16,529 nucleotides of DNA from Paraspadella gotoi (GCA_051294375.1 CM119267.1:8873070-8889598); one strand, 5' to 3'. Shown: positions 1-11,611, counted from the stretch's first letter. Notes: generated by a model from the letters alone, not told the origin. Numbers and translations: made by a program.

Positions 1-171
1 AAACGTTTTTTTTTTCTCCCAAATTTTCACGGATAACAGCGCAGTTGACGATTGATGAAGTCAACCAGCGAAAGATCAACAATTTCTTTTTTCCTTCTCT
101 TCTAAATTTGCTCCACTTAATTAATTTAATAAACGAAGATTCAAGAAAGGATTCGGGGAGAGGAGGGGGGG
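1..171 (+). repeat. Near-identical direct copy of 11612-11785 (probably a redundant small contig)
   Basis: Base-by-base match from AAACGTTTTT to the GGAGAGG-G run, with only small indel-type differences (TTTTCACGGATAAC vs TTTTCTACGGGATAAC). Ends at an N-gap. Confidence 0.95.
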
Positions 172-441
172 NNNNNNNNNNNNNNNNNNNNNNNNNNNNN
201 NNNNNNNNNNNNNNNNNNNNNNNNNNNNNNNNNNNNNNNNNNNNNNNNNNNNNNNNNNNNNNNNNNNNNNNNNNNNNNNNNNNNNNNNNNNNNNNNNNNN
301 NNNNNNNNNNNNNNNNNNNNNNNNNNNNNNNNNNNNNNNNNNNNNNNNNNNNNNNNNNNNNNNNNNNNNNNNNNNNNNNNNNNNNNNNNNNNNNNNNNNN
401 NNNNNNNNNNNNNNNNNNNNNNNNNNNNNNNNNNNNNNNNN
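172..441. other. Assembly gap (270 N)
   Basis: N run. The homologous interval in the second copy (11786-11964) is 179 bp. Confidence 1.
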
Positions 442-600
442 CCCCTTGCTCCTCTCTCTCTCTCCTTCCGCTTTTTCCCTCTTTCTCCCCCTCGATTCTC
501 TCTCACTCTCTCAACGAGATCTTCTCGAATTTTTTCATCCTGTTTGTTTTTACTTTTCACCGAAAATCTCGTTTCTCATCCAGAGTTAATTATGCCGACA
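442..600 (+). repeat. Near-identical direct copy of 11965-12124
   Basis: Match from CCCCTTGCTCC to TTATGCCGACA with single-base indels (CACCGAAAA vs CACGCGAAAA; CTGTTTG vs CTGTTTTG). Confidence 0.95.
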
Positions 601-610
601 NNNNNNNNNN
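601..610. other. Assembly gap (10 N)
   Basis: N run. Confidence 1.
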
Positions 611-611
611 T

Positions 612-1468
612 TTTTCGCCTTTAATTAGTTACCTCTCCTCATCATTTTTTTCCCTTTTTTTTCTTTCCACCCTTCACCTTCAACGATGCCTCACCTCGAC
701 CCCCTCCTGTTTTTTTCCCCTCCGCACTCCACCCTGGTGAACGACCGCAGAATGAAACAAAAGATCGCTCACCGGATTTATTTTCTGGTGAAAACTCTTG
801 GCGCTTTTCGTTTTTTTGAAAGTTTTTTGATGAACATCATAGGCAGACATGTCTGGCTTTAATGTCTTCAGTGTTATTGAGAGGTAACTGATGAAAAATT
901 CAATCAATCACTTGAGAAATCGCTTCCATCCTTGCAACGTATTTCACATTCGATTCCGTAAATTCCGTTTTTTGTTGTTTGTTTTTTTGGTCTAGGAAAA
1001 TTTTTGTTTTCCAAAGAAAGTAAAAAAAAAAAACGAAGATCAAGGAAATTTGCGGAATTTTCTCGATTCGGCGTCTTGGATTCGGCGTTGCAGGGGAAAT
1101 AACACGCGGGGGGGCGTAAACAAACACATCTGTTTAAACAGAAAAAAAAAAGCGAACGATCGAAATCTTTAGGAGTAGAAAATGAAAGGAAAACATCGCA
1201 GGAAGAAAAACGCGTTCGGTGCCGATCCTCGATCGCTCTGCCGCCCTCCACGCCGCTCACCGGCTCACCCCTCCGTCCTTCTTAAAGACCCTTTTTCCAG
1301 CCCACCCCGTCGATTTGTCCAACTCCTTTCATCCTTCAGGAACGACAGCGAACTTACCAAACCCCCCCTCACCTTTCGTAAATACGCCGTGAAAAGTTTA
1401 CGAGGTTTTTCCGATGTTTGTATACTTATAACTATGGTGGACTAAAATCCACCAACCGTTCATCAGCG
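612..1468 (+). repeat. Clean copy of the locus present again, inverted and insertion-inflated, at ~2925-4941
   Basis: Collinear exact anchors against the minus strand: 766-776/4690-4700, 799-808/4616-4625, 1011-1025/4126-4140, 1035-1044/4113-4122, 1122-1130/3775-3783, 1275-1288/3378-3391, 1402-1411/3130-3139. Confidence 0.9.
1433..1468 (+). mobile_element. 5' end of the tRNA-Gly-derived 244-bp element, cut by the gap
   Basis: 36/36 identity to 15811-15846 with a different upstream flank. Preceded by TAAC (1429-1432), matching the TSD at 2622-2625 on the minus strand. Confidence 0.9.
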
Positions 1469-1493
1469 NNNNNNNNNNNNNNNNNNNNNNNNN
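1469..1493. other. Assembly gap (25 N)
   Basis: N run of exactly 25. Confidence 1.
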
Positions 1494-1880
1494 GCATTAA
1501 AACTATGATGCCTTTAATGTCGACAGCATATGATCACTTATTGTAAACCAATCCTCGCGACATATAACGTTCAGTGACACAGCGAATCTCCGAAACATAA
1601 CCGTGGCCGCATCCCGCGTCCCCATTCCCCCTGTCGATCACTTCCCACTTTCCTACATAAACTTAATAAAAATCGGTTTTAAAAGGATTTAGCGGGCGAT
1701 TACTGTTTCTCGACGGAGCCCCGTCCGTCCGTCTCACCCGGAGATAGCCGTAAAAGATCCGAGGGCCGAGGGAGAACGAGCTCGATGGTCGACGACAGAC
1801 GGCGCTGGAGTAATCTGTTTTGCGCGAGAAAAAGAAAAAAAACAAAAAGTCATCGGAAAAAAGTTTTTTTTTTTTTTAAT

Positions 1881-1903
1881 GAGAGAGAGAGAGAGAGAGA
1901 GAG

Positions 1904-1947
<44 letters not shown>

Positions 1948-1952
1948 GAGAG
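1881..1952 (+). repeat. (GA)n microsatellite
   Basis: GA dinucleotide tract with single-base interruptions, preceded by poly-T. Confidence 0.95.
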
Positions 1953-2152
1953 GCGAGTTAAAAATAAAAAATTCAAAAGCTTTACCGACAAAGGGGCAAT
2001 AAAAAAAAATGCCATAATTCGAGCCGAAAAATAAACACATCGCGTTTATACGGAGATTAAAGACTCGCACTTTAAAAATAAATAAGATTTGCTTATTTTT
2101 GTGTGGTGTGTGGGTGCGATCCTGTGTGGGCAGGGATTTCTTACTCCGTTAA

Positions 2153-2165
2153 CCGCCAGATGGCG
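2153..2165 (+). promoter_or_regulatory. CTCF-like motif CCGCCAGATGGCG
   Basis: Fits the bilaterian CTCF core CC(A/G)(C/G)(C/T)AG(A/G)(G/T)GGC(G/A). Motif match only. Confidence 0.35.
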
Positions 2166-2311
2166 AACGACAGCCGCTTCGATTGTTGAAAACAATATAA
2201 CAGCGGCGAAAGATTCGAAACAGACGAGATTAGAGGGACGAATGTTTTTCGGCCATCTTTCCAAAAGCTCCTCATTTCAGCTTAAATACATATATAATTA
2301 AATAATATTTT

Positions 2312-2492
2312 TTAGATTAAAAATTAAGGATAAGGATTAAGTTATGGATTAAAGTTAAAGAATAAGTTGGTTAGATATTAGGGTTAGCAGGATTTGAAAT
2401 TAGAGATTAAGGTTAAGGATTATGTTAGGTTTAAAAATTAAGATTAAATATTTGACAACAAGATTATTATTAAAATATAAGATAAAAATTAA
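2312..2492 (+). repeat. Degenerate ~6-nt-period telomere-like tract (TTAAGG/TTAGGG/TTAAAA variants)
   Basis: Recurrent TTA+purine units, TTAGGGTTAG at 2378-2387, and almost no C on the plus strand. Confidence 0.6.
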
Positions 2493-2625
2493 AATTCCAC
2501 GGGATAGGAAACAGAAGGGGTGCTTCGGGAAAAATAATGCCTCCTTTTGAAAGGCGGATTTAATTCTTTTTGGGATTATAAGAATTTTTTGGTCCTGAAT
2601 CATATATCCAGATTAACCGCGGTTA

Positions 2626-3040
2626 TGAAGAGACAGTAATTATTATTAATGTGTTAGTGACAGAACCGTTCAATATAAAGCAGTCCCTTGAGCTTCGATC
2701 CAGCCGTGTAACAACCATGTTACAGGCGGGTTTAAGCGCCGAGCTCTCTCGGTCCCACCTCCCGCTCTATAACTGCCCTAGAAGCAGAAGATTGACCACG
2801 AAGAGAGATAAGAGGCTAGGATCAGATTCGACGGAGAGGAAGAGCATTTTGAGAGTATGAGGGAAAGAGAGGCAGAGAGAGAAATGAGACGTAGTGCACG
2901 TACGCACGCAACCAGTGGGCAGACGACGATGATGAGAGAGAGAGATGATAAGATTTTTTGAAAAGCCAAATGCACGTGATATGGATAAAAAGGACCAGAG
3001 ATCATGATAGATAACCAAATCTACATGAGTTGAAAGAACA
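2626..3040 (-). mobile_element. Second insertion of the tRNA-Gly-derived element (3' part clean, head and leader insertion-corrupted; upper boundary approximate)
   Basis: Reverse complement of 2626-2780 aligns to 15916-16054 (CCCGCCTGTAACA, GAAGCTC, TATATTGAACGGTTCTG, ATAATTACTGTCTCTTCA). 2780-2935 retains head anchors in order (TCATCA, GCCCACTGGTTGC, GATCCTAGCC, GTGGTC). Confidence 0.85.
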
Positions 3041-4941
3041 AAGAGAGTTTATGGGTTTTTTTTTAAATTTAATAAACGCTTATTTATTAAATAACAACAA
3101 ATTTAAAATAACAGTTAAATTAAAAGGTAGAAAAACCTCAAGTTAAAATTATCGTTCTAACTCATAGGACGCGTGTTATTTATCTTCTTGAGCGAGGGTA
3201 TTGGAGAAGGTGTGGTGCAATTTCTGTGATCAGGTCTTCGTCGACGTTCGTGCGTTCGATCGTTCTAGCTCGTCGATATCGTGCATCATCTGATCAGTGG
3301 TAAGGCGCGTGTCTCATGCGAAGCAGTTAGTCCGTGATCAAAGGCTGGCGTGCGAAGGTGTGGAAAATTTAGCTGGTTCTTTAAGAAGGACCGAATGTGT
3401 GTGTTGGCAGGCCTGAGGTTGAGGCGCGAATCTCGGCGAGGGATCCGGGTTGGAAGCCGTAGTCGCAGGTGCTCGAGGTCGAGGATGGGCGCAGTGGATC
3501 GCGGAGCAGATACTGTGATACAGTTAGAGATACTGTTGATACAGTAGAGGATACGATAGTGACAGCGTTTTTGTCTAGCACTCTCTCGCAGGCATGTTTT
3601 AAATTTCTCTTTCAAGCTAAAATTGATTTTCTAACTGCCTGCTTTCTTGGCTTGCACCTTTAAACGGATATAAAATAACTATTGACTCGCACCTCTTCAT
3701 AAATAACTAGTATTTCGTCAATTCGTGTAGGTCTCTTTTATTACCTTTTTGTGTTCACTGTTTTTATATCGCACGATGTGTTTTGTTACTCGATCTCCCA
3801 TCCCGCCGTGGTTTATTTTTGCTTGCGCCTGACAACATGCTACATTTGTAAGACCAACGCTAAGAGCAAATGGGAAATACCGAAGACGTAACGATAAAGA
3901 CTACGGAAATGATTATCTACAATAATTACTTTAAAAAGCGATAATATATACTATAGATATTATAGATTAAATATTATTGCTGGACTAAGAGCGATTGCTC
4001 CCCCCCCGCGGGCGCCAAGGTCCATCGAAGCGCGAGACTTTCGTGTTGCTTCTCGGGATCGGAATTGCAAAAATTCGCGGCGGGCAAGCGTGGTTCATGC
4101 TGCAGACAGTTTCTTGATCTTCCGGTTTTACTTTCTTTGGGCACAGGGAGCATTGACGAGAATTTTCCTTTCTGACGCAGTAGCACGAAGGACACAGAAA
4201 GTACACATACCATAACGTGCCGACGGAGAAATATACGGTGGTAAAACGGGAGAATGGAGATGAGAATATGTTAGGCATAGGTTACGGATGTGCATAGCTC
4301 TAAGGCATGGAGGTATAAAGACTTGTATGGTCATATGTATACTTATACATTGTGGAGCCTATTTGGACTAGGGTAATATGATTAAGATTTGGATATATCA
4401 TTTGACATGCTGCAAGGTAGTACCTAGGAGTTCTGTGCCATGATTAATCAATCCTCTGTGTGTGAAGGTCAGATTCTATTAAATGTACTAGAACATGTAT
4501 TGCTTTACTACTTGCGTATGATAATAGAGTATTACAAGAAAGCTCTCTCTCCTCTACATCATAATCATACTTCTTCATACATCTCATACTCATATACTCA
4601 ATCTCCTGCTCATATAAAAGCGCCATCTCTACGCTGGTCTTCTCTTTTCTCACTCTCTTCTCAAATTGTACAAAGCAAAATTTACACATTCCGGTGAGCG
4701 GAATTCTGACTATTTCTCTCTATTGTGTGCTTCGCATTACTTCTGCTCGGAGAGTGTCCTACGATACCATCGATTCACATAGAGTTCTTCGGTGGAGGCT
4801 TGCGGTAGTTGGGGTAAAAATAACTCACATCGTCGCAGGGGGTTGCCGAGGTGAGGCATCCGTGTTGAAGGGTGAGGGTGGAAAGGAATAAAAAAAAGGG
4901 AAAAAAATGATGAGGAGAGGTAACTAATTAAGTTGCGAAAA
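2925..4941 (-). other. Insertion-inflated reverse-complement copy of 612-1468 (likely raw long-read sequence)
   Basis: About 2.0 kb corresponds collinearly to about 0.86 kb. Similarity is high at 4845-4941 and falls to short anchors separated by mixed-base insertions. Confidence 0.85.
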
Positions 4942-5214
4942 GGAGAAATTGAAAACTTGACGAGGATTGACAGGGGGGGCGGGGCGGGCGTGGTTTGGTA
5001 AAAAAAAAAGGCAGTTTTGGAGGAAGAATGACGTGAGCGAGTTTGGAGAGAGACGGCAGACAGGAGACGGGAGAGAAAAAAAAAAAGAGAGAGAAAAAAA
5101 AAGGAAAAACGAATTCGTGTCAAAGTTCGTAAATCTGCGTTCGTGATAAAAACGTCCCTTTCCGGCCCTGTACGCGTCCAGCCCAGGCGGCCGCATTAAA
5201 TAATCAAAACGGAT

Positions 5215-5356
5215 TCTCTTCTCTCTCCTCGCCCTCCTCTCTCTCTCTCCTCTCATCCTCCTTCTCCTCTCTTCTCCCTCTCTTCTCTCATCTCTCTCTT
5301 CCCCCTCTTCTCGTCTCCCTCCTTTCACCTTCCCTCTCTCCTCCTTCTCTCTCTCT
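5215..5356 (+). repeat. Degenerate (CT)n polypyrimidine tract
   Basis: Almost pure C/T with broken dinucleotide phase. Confidence 0.9.
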
Positions 5357-6338
5357 GTCCACACTTCTGTTTTATAGCTCTCTGGGGTCTTTTCCGACAC
5401 GCAAGGAAAGATCATGATCTGAAATCCATGTACATTCCCTACCTTTTTCATTTAAAAACTCTCTGTGTGCTTTCATTCTGCGATAGGATAGAGAAGGACA
5501 CCTGGCCTGATTCTGGCGTCTTCTTGTTGCTGAGCAGGTGAATTCATTCGTTGTCGTTTGTTTTTTGTTGTTGGGTTGTTTTCTTATCGTTATTGTTTTT
5601 TTTTTCTGTTTAGGTAGTATTTTGACGTCGTCCTCTTTTGAGGTGCAAGCGGCATAGATTAATCAGTGCAGCCATTTCACAACGTTCACTCCTGTATACT
5701 TATCCTTCAACGTTACAATAAATTAATATTCAGTTCCAGTCAGTGCCAACGTCAAAACGTCACAGATCTCGTCAATCCTTCCCTCTATATCTGCTTCTCA
5801 TCGAATTAACATTCAAAAATAATCAAATTAACAGAATCGCCCTCTTTGTTTTTTTTACTCCGGAGATATCCTTTTCCCACCTCCGTTTTCCATCTTCATC
5901 TCTTTTTAACACATCCTCTACATCCGGGATTTTTCTCAATATCAGGCTTCATTTCCGGTGGCGTCGTCGGTGGCGTCTTTGTCCATTGGTCATTTACATC
6001 TCTTCTCTCTCATTCCGGGTCTCTACTCTTTTCCAAGCGCACCGACAAGCAGTCTCTCTCGCCTCTTCGTTCATAGTATCGTATAGAATGGGATAGATTC
6101 CAGGTTGAGAATCATTTTTAATAAAACAATAAAAAGTCCAATTATTTATCAATACTTACATATTTAATATAATATTAAAATTATTTGTTCGGTCAGTAAT
6201 TCTGGGGATTTCAGGCTAATGCTGAGCCATTGAGATGGTAAAGCAAGACCATGATTAATAGTGATGGTTTAGCTGGAAATCTGAGATTTTAAACTAATAA
6301 TATTGTACAAAAAGTGAAAGAAAAGAAGAAGTATGAAG

Positions 6339-6363
6339 TGAGAGAGAGTAAGAGAGAGAGAGA

Positions 6364-6403
<40 letters not shown>
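6339..6403 (+). repeat. (GA)n microsatellite, interrupted
   Basis: GA tract. Confidence 0.9.
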
Positions 6404-6404
<1 letters not shown>

Positions 6405-9197
6405 CCACGAGAGCAGCAGTATTAAAGGAGAGTAGAGAGAGACCGAGCGAGAGACGCTTCCGGGCTATCCAGGGGAAGTAATCTTTTCAAAGATTCAATT
6501 CTTCCTATAAAATTCTTTTGATTTTTAATTCGTTATAGAATATTGGATATTTTTATTGTCCTTCATTTTGTTTAATTAATATATTAAATGATAAGACCCT
6601 AATTGGTGTGGTTTAATGCACGAGGGTGAGAGATGAATAAGTAGAAGTCGAGAAGAAGTGAGTATCAAGCCGAGAGAGCCGAGAGAGAGAGACCGCAGAA
6701 TTTAGACTTGAGAGGGAGAGTACTTGGTCAGCGTGTGCTCTTAAGTCATACGGCGACGCACGCCACTCTACCACGCTCAAATAGCAGAACACTCGCCTCC
6801 GCCTCTTCAGTAGCATTGGGCCTGCGACGGCCCCAACTCCTCTCAGCCAGTCCTCGACCCATACTTTTCTCTCGCGGGGCCCTTCACGGGATGCCATCAG
6901 GGGAGTGCACTGATTCTGACGCCCCCGTGCCCTCTCCTCAAGTATGGGCTTTTGCGGGATTTTAGTATTTAAAGGTCCACTGGTGTCTTGACACTTGCTA
7001 CCGTTCAAAACTCCGAGCTTGTAAATAAGACTTCGTGTTTGGGGCTTCGTTTATTAGTTTTGAAGGGCCTGGAACTCAAAAGACGCACTCATCGCCCCTC
7101 CGCGGGCTCTCTCTCTCCTCTACATCGTCATCGCATGCTCTTCCGGGTCCCACGGAGACAGTGGATTGAAGATTGTTTCTTGTTCCTTCGCGCGAATGGG
7201 GGCGAGGGAGTCAAGAAGGGTCGAGCCTTCTGAAGTTTGGGAAGGGTCGGTTAAGTGAGCAAGGATTTTGACAAGGAAACAGCGCAGCTGAGAGGGTTAA
7301 AGACGATCGATCTTGTCACAGAAGATCGTGAGTGAGGTGACGAGGACTATAAAAAGAGTTCTGAATTCTCTGTTTACAAGGCACAAGCACGAAGATGGAT
7401 TAAAAGTAAACGAAGAAAAAAAGTAAACATTCGTCAAGTTTTTGTAACGACCTTGAGCATGGGCGGAATGAAAGCAGAAGGAGAAGTGAAATAAGTATAG
7501 AGTTAATTAGATGAAGCTCTCATATCATTTCATAGACATAAGGTCGCGTATTTTTCACTAACTCATTTAATATAATCTTAATTATTTTTAAAACGAGTTG
7601 GAAAAATAGTCATTTTTTAATTTCCCTGGTGATCACGTGACAAAACATGGCAAACCAGACTTATCTGTCTAATAAGTTTTGAGAAAAAGTAATTTAAGGT
7701 GGGTAAATGATAAGTAGTATTGGTTAAAATCCGAAAATTAATAGAAGGTAATTTTATTGTCCAGGTGTTTTAAGCTTAACGAGAAAAAATGTTTACATGT
7801 TTTCCCCAAATTACGAAGGTTAGATTCGTAAAAAATATGGTCAATTCGAAATCGCCCATCGGGTTTTCCTACTATATATTAGCTACTTCAGTATTTTTTG
7901 TGTTTCTTTGGTTCTCTGCGATCTGACATTCTCTCCTCATATATTTTTATACGTGTCCGTTTCCTCGCCGTTTTCTCTCCTCACTTCTTATTTTCCTTTC
8001 ATTTCTGCCATTCTTTTTTTTCTATCCTCGGAATTTCGAGTCCCGGAATCCTCGAATTTCCTCCGGGAGACCGAGGATCAATTTTGAGGATTACAATTTT
8101 CCCCTTCTTTTCTTTTTTCCTTAAAAAAAAAAGAGGAGGAAATTTTGACAAGTTTTTTGTCCTAAATTGATAAAAGCCAATGAATAACCATTACTAAATG
8201 AATGCTTTAGGTAAGAATTCTTCCGTCAAGCAATAACAAATCCTCCACCTCAGCAGTTGTTTTACGTCGGGCAGCGTTTCCTGGCGCTTGCTCCGGCAGC
8301 TCATTGACAGCGGCTCGTTCAGAAATGGTCCTTAAAGCATAGCTACGAGGATTGCAAAGAGCGAACGAGAAGTTCATTATAGATATACGGGCGTTTTGGG
8401 TCGTAGGCGTAGAGGCTATTTAATGTTGTTTTTCCTCTGGTAATATGTTAGTTTTTATGAGAAACATAAGAATTGTGACGAGGAGTGCCGGTTGGAGGCG
8501 CACCAAGGTTCTAGTACCAATTAGGCTCTCTTTGTGGAGAGAGGTGTTTTCTATTTTATATCGCGCCCCATGGTTAATGGTTTTTATTTTAGAAAATTTA
8601 GGGATTATCAGCCGTTGGGCCTCAAGTGTGGGCGCAGATTATTACAGAATACAAGATAAAACAAATTGAAGATATTATTTAAAGAACCGGGCATTCAAAT
8701 GCCGTATTGGAGGAAAGTGGTGTAAGAAGAATATAGAGATTGAGAGAGAGAGTTAGGAAGATAAAGACAAAGAGAGTTCTACCCAACCCACCCAAGGAGG
8801 GTAAAAAGGGGTGAAGGGGTAGACGAAAATAAAACTCGAGCCGCAGTAAGTAGGTTGTGACAGAAAGATATGAAGGAGCCAAATGATTTAAGTTTTTTCG
8901 TGAAAAAAACTAATACTTGTAATTAGTTTTTGTCCGAAGGTCCGTATAAAAGCGTATATCAGCCTCCCTCTGATCTTGGTCGTTTACTTCTATCAAAATG
9001 TGAAGCCGAAGGAGATATCCAAAAAGTAGCGGACCAACTGGAGTGTTGGCCTTCCACCAATAGGTCATTTTGGCCCTCGGGTTTGGGCCTCTCGGAAGGT
9101 GGCGGTCTACGCTCCGACTCCGTCGTTCGCGTGGCCTTCCGTGTTACGTAGTTGCACATCTTGAGTTGCGTTCCTTGGCAATTCCTCCTTTTCCCCT

Positions 9198-9284
9198 ATC
9201 TCTCATCCTCTCTCTCTTCCTAATCTCTTTCCCTCTCCTTCTCCACTTCTTCTCTCTCTCTCTCTCTCTCTTCTTCTCTCTCTC
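9198..9284 (+). repeat. Degenerate (CT)n tract
   Basis: CT-rich tract. Confidence 0.85.
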
Positions 9285-10049
9285 GTGATCGAACTTTGGT
9301 GTCTGGAACGTGGAACAATCTCGGAACGACATCCCGGATCTTCACATTCGACCGTCTCGTCATCATCATTGCATCGCACAATGCGTTCAGGAGCAACCAT
9401 TGAATTTCTTCATTGATTCGCATAAACTATTTAATTCCTTTTATTTTTTAAAAATAAATGTTACTATAGTTTTTCACGTTGCCTTTTTTGGTTAATGATG
9501 ATCTCGAGCGATCATAACTGTTTCCGATGTAAGAATTCTAGATTTAATTTACAACATTTCATCAAAGCAAGTGAACCGATCTTCTTCCTATGCTTATGTG
9601 ACCCAATCACAAGTTACAAATACTCTTGGTGATTTTCCGATACGACCCACGTGCAGCGTATCGCTTGCGCGGCGGCCTTTCTTGCTCGCAGATTCATACC
9701 CCGTTTTTGTATCGCTATACTGTGTCTTGAGCTTTCTCGGAGTAACGCGACCGAAGATGGCGTTCTTTTTGCGCTTACGATAGTATACCTGGAAGAAAGT
9801 ACATGGAAGTTGTGTATTATACGTTGAGAGAAGGAAAGGAGGGGTGACCGTAGTTTTCTTCTTGAATTATTATTTGGCACTTAATTTGGATTTTTTCTCA
9901 CGGACGTCTTATCTACTTTTTTAAGTGGGGCTTTTTTCTTTTGAATTTGCCAAAGTTATTAGAAGATATGACATTTAATTGAATTAGGATGAAAAACTGT
10001 CAATTGTTAATTTATAAGTCAAAACGTTTCTTATTTATCACCTTATTTC

Positions 10050-10258
10050 CCATTCCTCTTTCCTCCTTTCCTCTCATCTCCTTTATCTTCTCACTCTCTT
10101 CTTTTCCAATATCATCTTAAACTTCTGTCCAATCTCTCGCTCTTTTCCATGTATCTCATCTTTCTTTCCAATTTTCCCCTGTACCCTGCCTCGTCTCTCT
10201 CTCATCCCTCATTCCAGATCTCTCTCTCTCTCTCTCTCTAGCTCTCTTTCTCCTTCTG
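10050..10258 (+). repeat. Pyrimidine-rich low-complexity region ending in (CT)n
   Basis: C/T-biased, with a pure (CT)n core near 10219-10239. Confidence 0.75.
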
Positions 10259-10826
10259 TTCCTGTTAATCTGACCCCGTGGGCCGCGAGGGCGATATAAA
10301 CTTTTCCGGGCCAACAGAATTTGGCCGCCTTCCAACACGCGAGACCAAAGACCTCATATAAAAGACAACAATGCGATAAGATGTCCCATGATACCCTTTT
10401 ATTTATTTTGGGGATTTTTTGTCCTAGTTTTTTACCAAAAAAACTATTTATCATTCTTTTTTTTCGTTCTCAAACAAAAAATAGCAAGATTAAAGCGTCT
10501 AGAAACAAAAACTTGAAAATAATTCGGGATCGTGTGTTTTGGGACGTGCGTTGGTTTGGATTTCGCTAATATAATATAACCCGTCGATGATTATAAACTT
10601 TTTAAGATAAATGAACCGATATCGAATGACCCTCGGCACAGATTAGATTTGGTAGGGATGGAGAAAGTCTGCGAATAAATCTGGTTCCAAAAATAATCGT
10701 CAGGGATTTATTATCATATCTTTCACGGGCCCCGAGTCTTGAATCAATCAAAACAAATTTGATAAAACCGATAACAAAGATCTGGTTCAATTCAACGACT
10801 AGGAGATTGGAAACGGATTTCATCTT

Positions 10827-10881
10827 CCTCTCTCTCTCTTCTCTCTCTCTCTCTCTGCTCTCTTTCTCTTCTCTCTCTCTC
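10827..10881 (+). repeat. (CT)n microsatellite
   Basis: CT tract. Confidence 0.9.
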
Positions 10882-11611
10882 CTAAACACACAAACACACA
10901 CGCAATTTTTTCTCGGTTATCGGTTCGACTCAATTCAATTTTAAATCAATATTTTTATAAAAAGTCTTTAATTACCGAGGCGCGCTGAGCGTAAATTCAA
11001 TTTATCGAATTTAATTTCATTAAAATTGCTATAAATAAATGAGAAGCGGATGAAAGGGCGACAATTAAAAACATTTGTTAAATCCAGATACAAACAGTTT
11101 AAAAAAATATAGTAGCGCTTAGCCAAACTCTCTCGTCCCGACAGCAAAGTTTTGTCGAGAAACGTTTAAATCGATTTGAGGGTTTTATTATTCATACGTT
11201 GACGCCCTTGTTGTAAAAACTAATCATTTTTTTCCCCTATCCTTCTTTCCCCATTTTTTTTTCTCCCGCCGCTTGCAAAAAAAAATCGCCACCAATCAGG
11301 TAAGAGACGTCGTATCATGTTTACTGATTATCGTATTTTAGTTTAGTTTAGAAAGAGTGAATATTTTTCCGACGGAGGAAACCAGAAAACAAAACATTTG
11401 AATAATCAAAGATCAACATTCCATCGATCAAACCCCGAACGAGAATTCCCCTTCAAGCGGGAGAAATTCGAGAACCCGCCTCCATTTTTGGCCTTTCAAA
11501 GCTAAAAGAATACCGAGTAGAATTTTTTTTTTAATAAAAAAAAACATTTTTTCCCTTTAATCCTACTTCAGACTAGACTACGAATCCGACCGCTATGACC
11601 CTTGTTTTAAT

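Noticed and set aside
45-740. 231-aa and 139-aa ORFs at the window start
   Set aside because: Open only because they cross N-runs and low-complexity sequence; the gap-free copy at 11612-12124 has no such ORF.
3508-3550. About 21-bp tandem duplication (AGATACTGT-GATACAGT)
   Set aside because: Absent from the clean copy (612-1468); probably part of the read noise.
3190-3615. Coding-looking minus-strand ORFs and an SVLLK(D/E)P similarity to ORF 1182-1445, suggesting a paralog family
   Set aside because: Explained by this segment being the corrupted reverse-complement copy of ~1170-1400; the similarity is nucleotide-level and gives no evidence of coding.
4287-4620. CpG-depleted island (one CpG in about 330 bp) suggesting methylation decay or RIP
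   Set aside because: Lies inside the insertion-inflated copy, so its composition mostly reflects inserted noise plus a CpG-poor template (~810-950).
7355-7400. F-box-like LRACALVNREFR on the minus strand
   Set aside because: Requires a frameshift, lacks the upstream LPxE motif and lies in suspect sequence.
4540-9790. Scattered peptide echoes (SLYCVL at ~4715 and ~9712; CPLV/CYVV at ~5980 and ~9140; CTCTCCTCTACATC at ~4547 and ~7113)
   Set aside because: Short, low-complexity, inconsistent in frame and order, and partly within known-corrupted sequence; not enough to claim a gene family.
10218-10270. Possible SMRTbell adapter remnant (ATCTCTCTC...TTTCTCCTTCTGTT)
   Set aside because: Indistinguishable from the abundant genomic (CT)n tracts; no closing GAGAGAGAT and no clear flanking fold-back.
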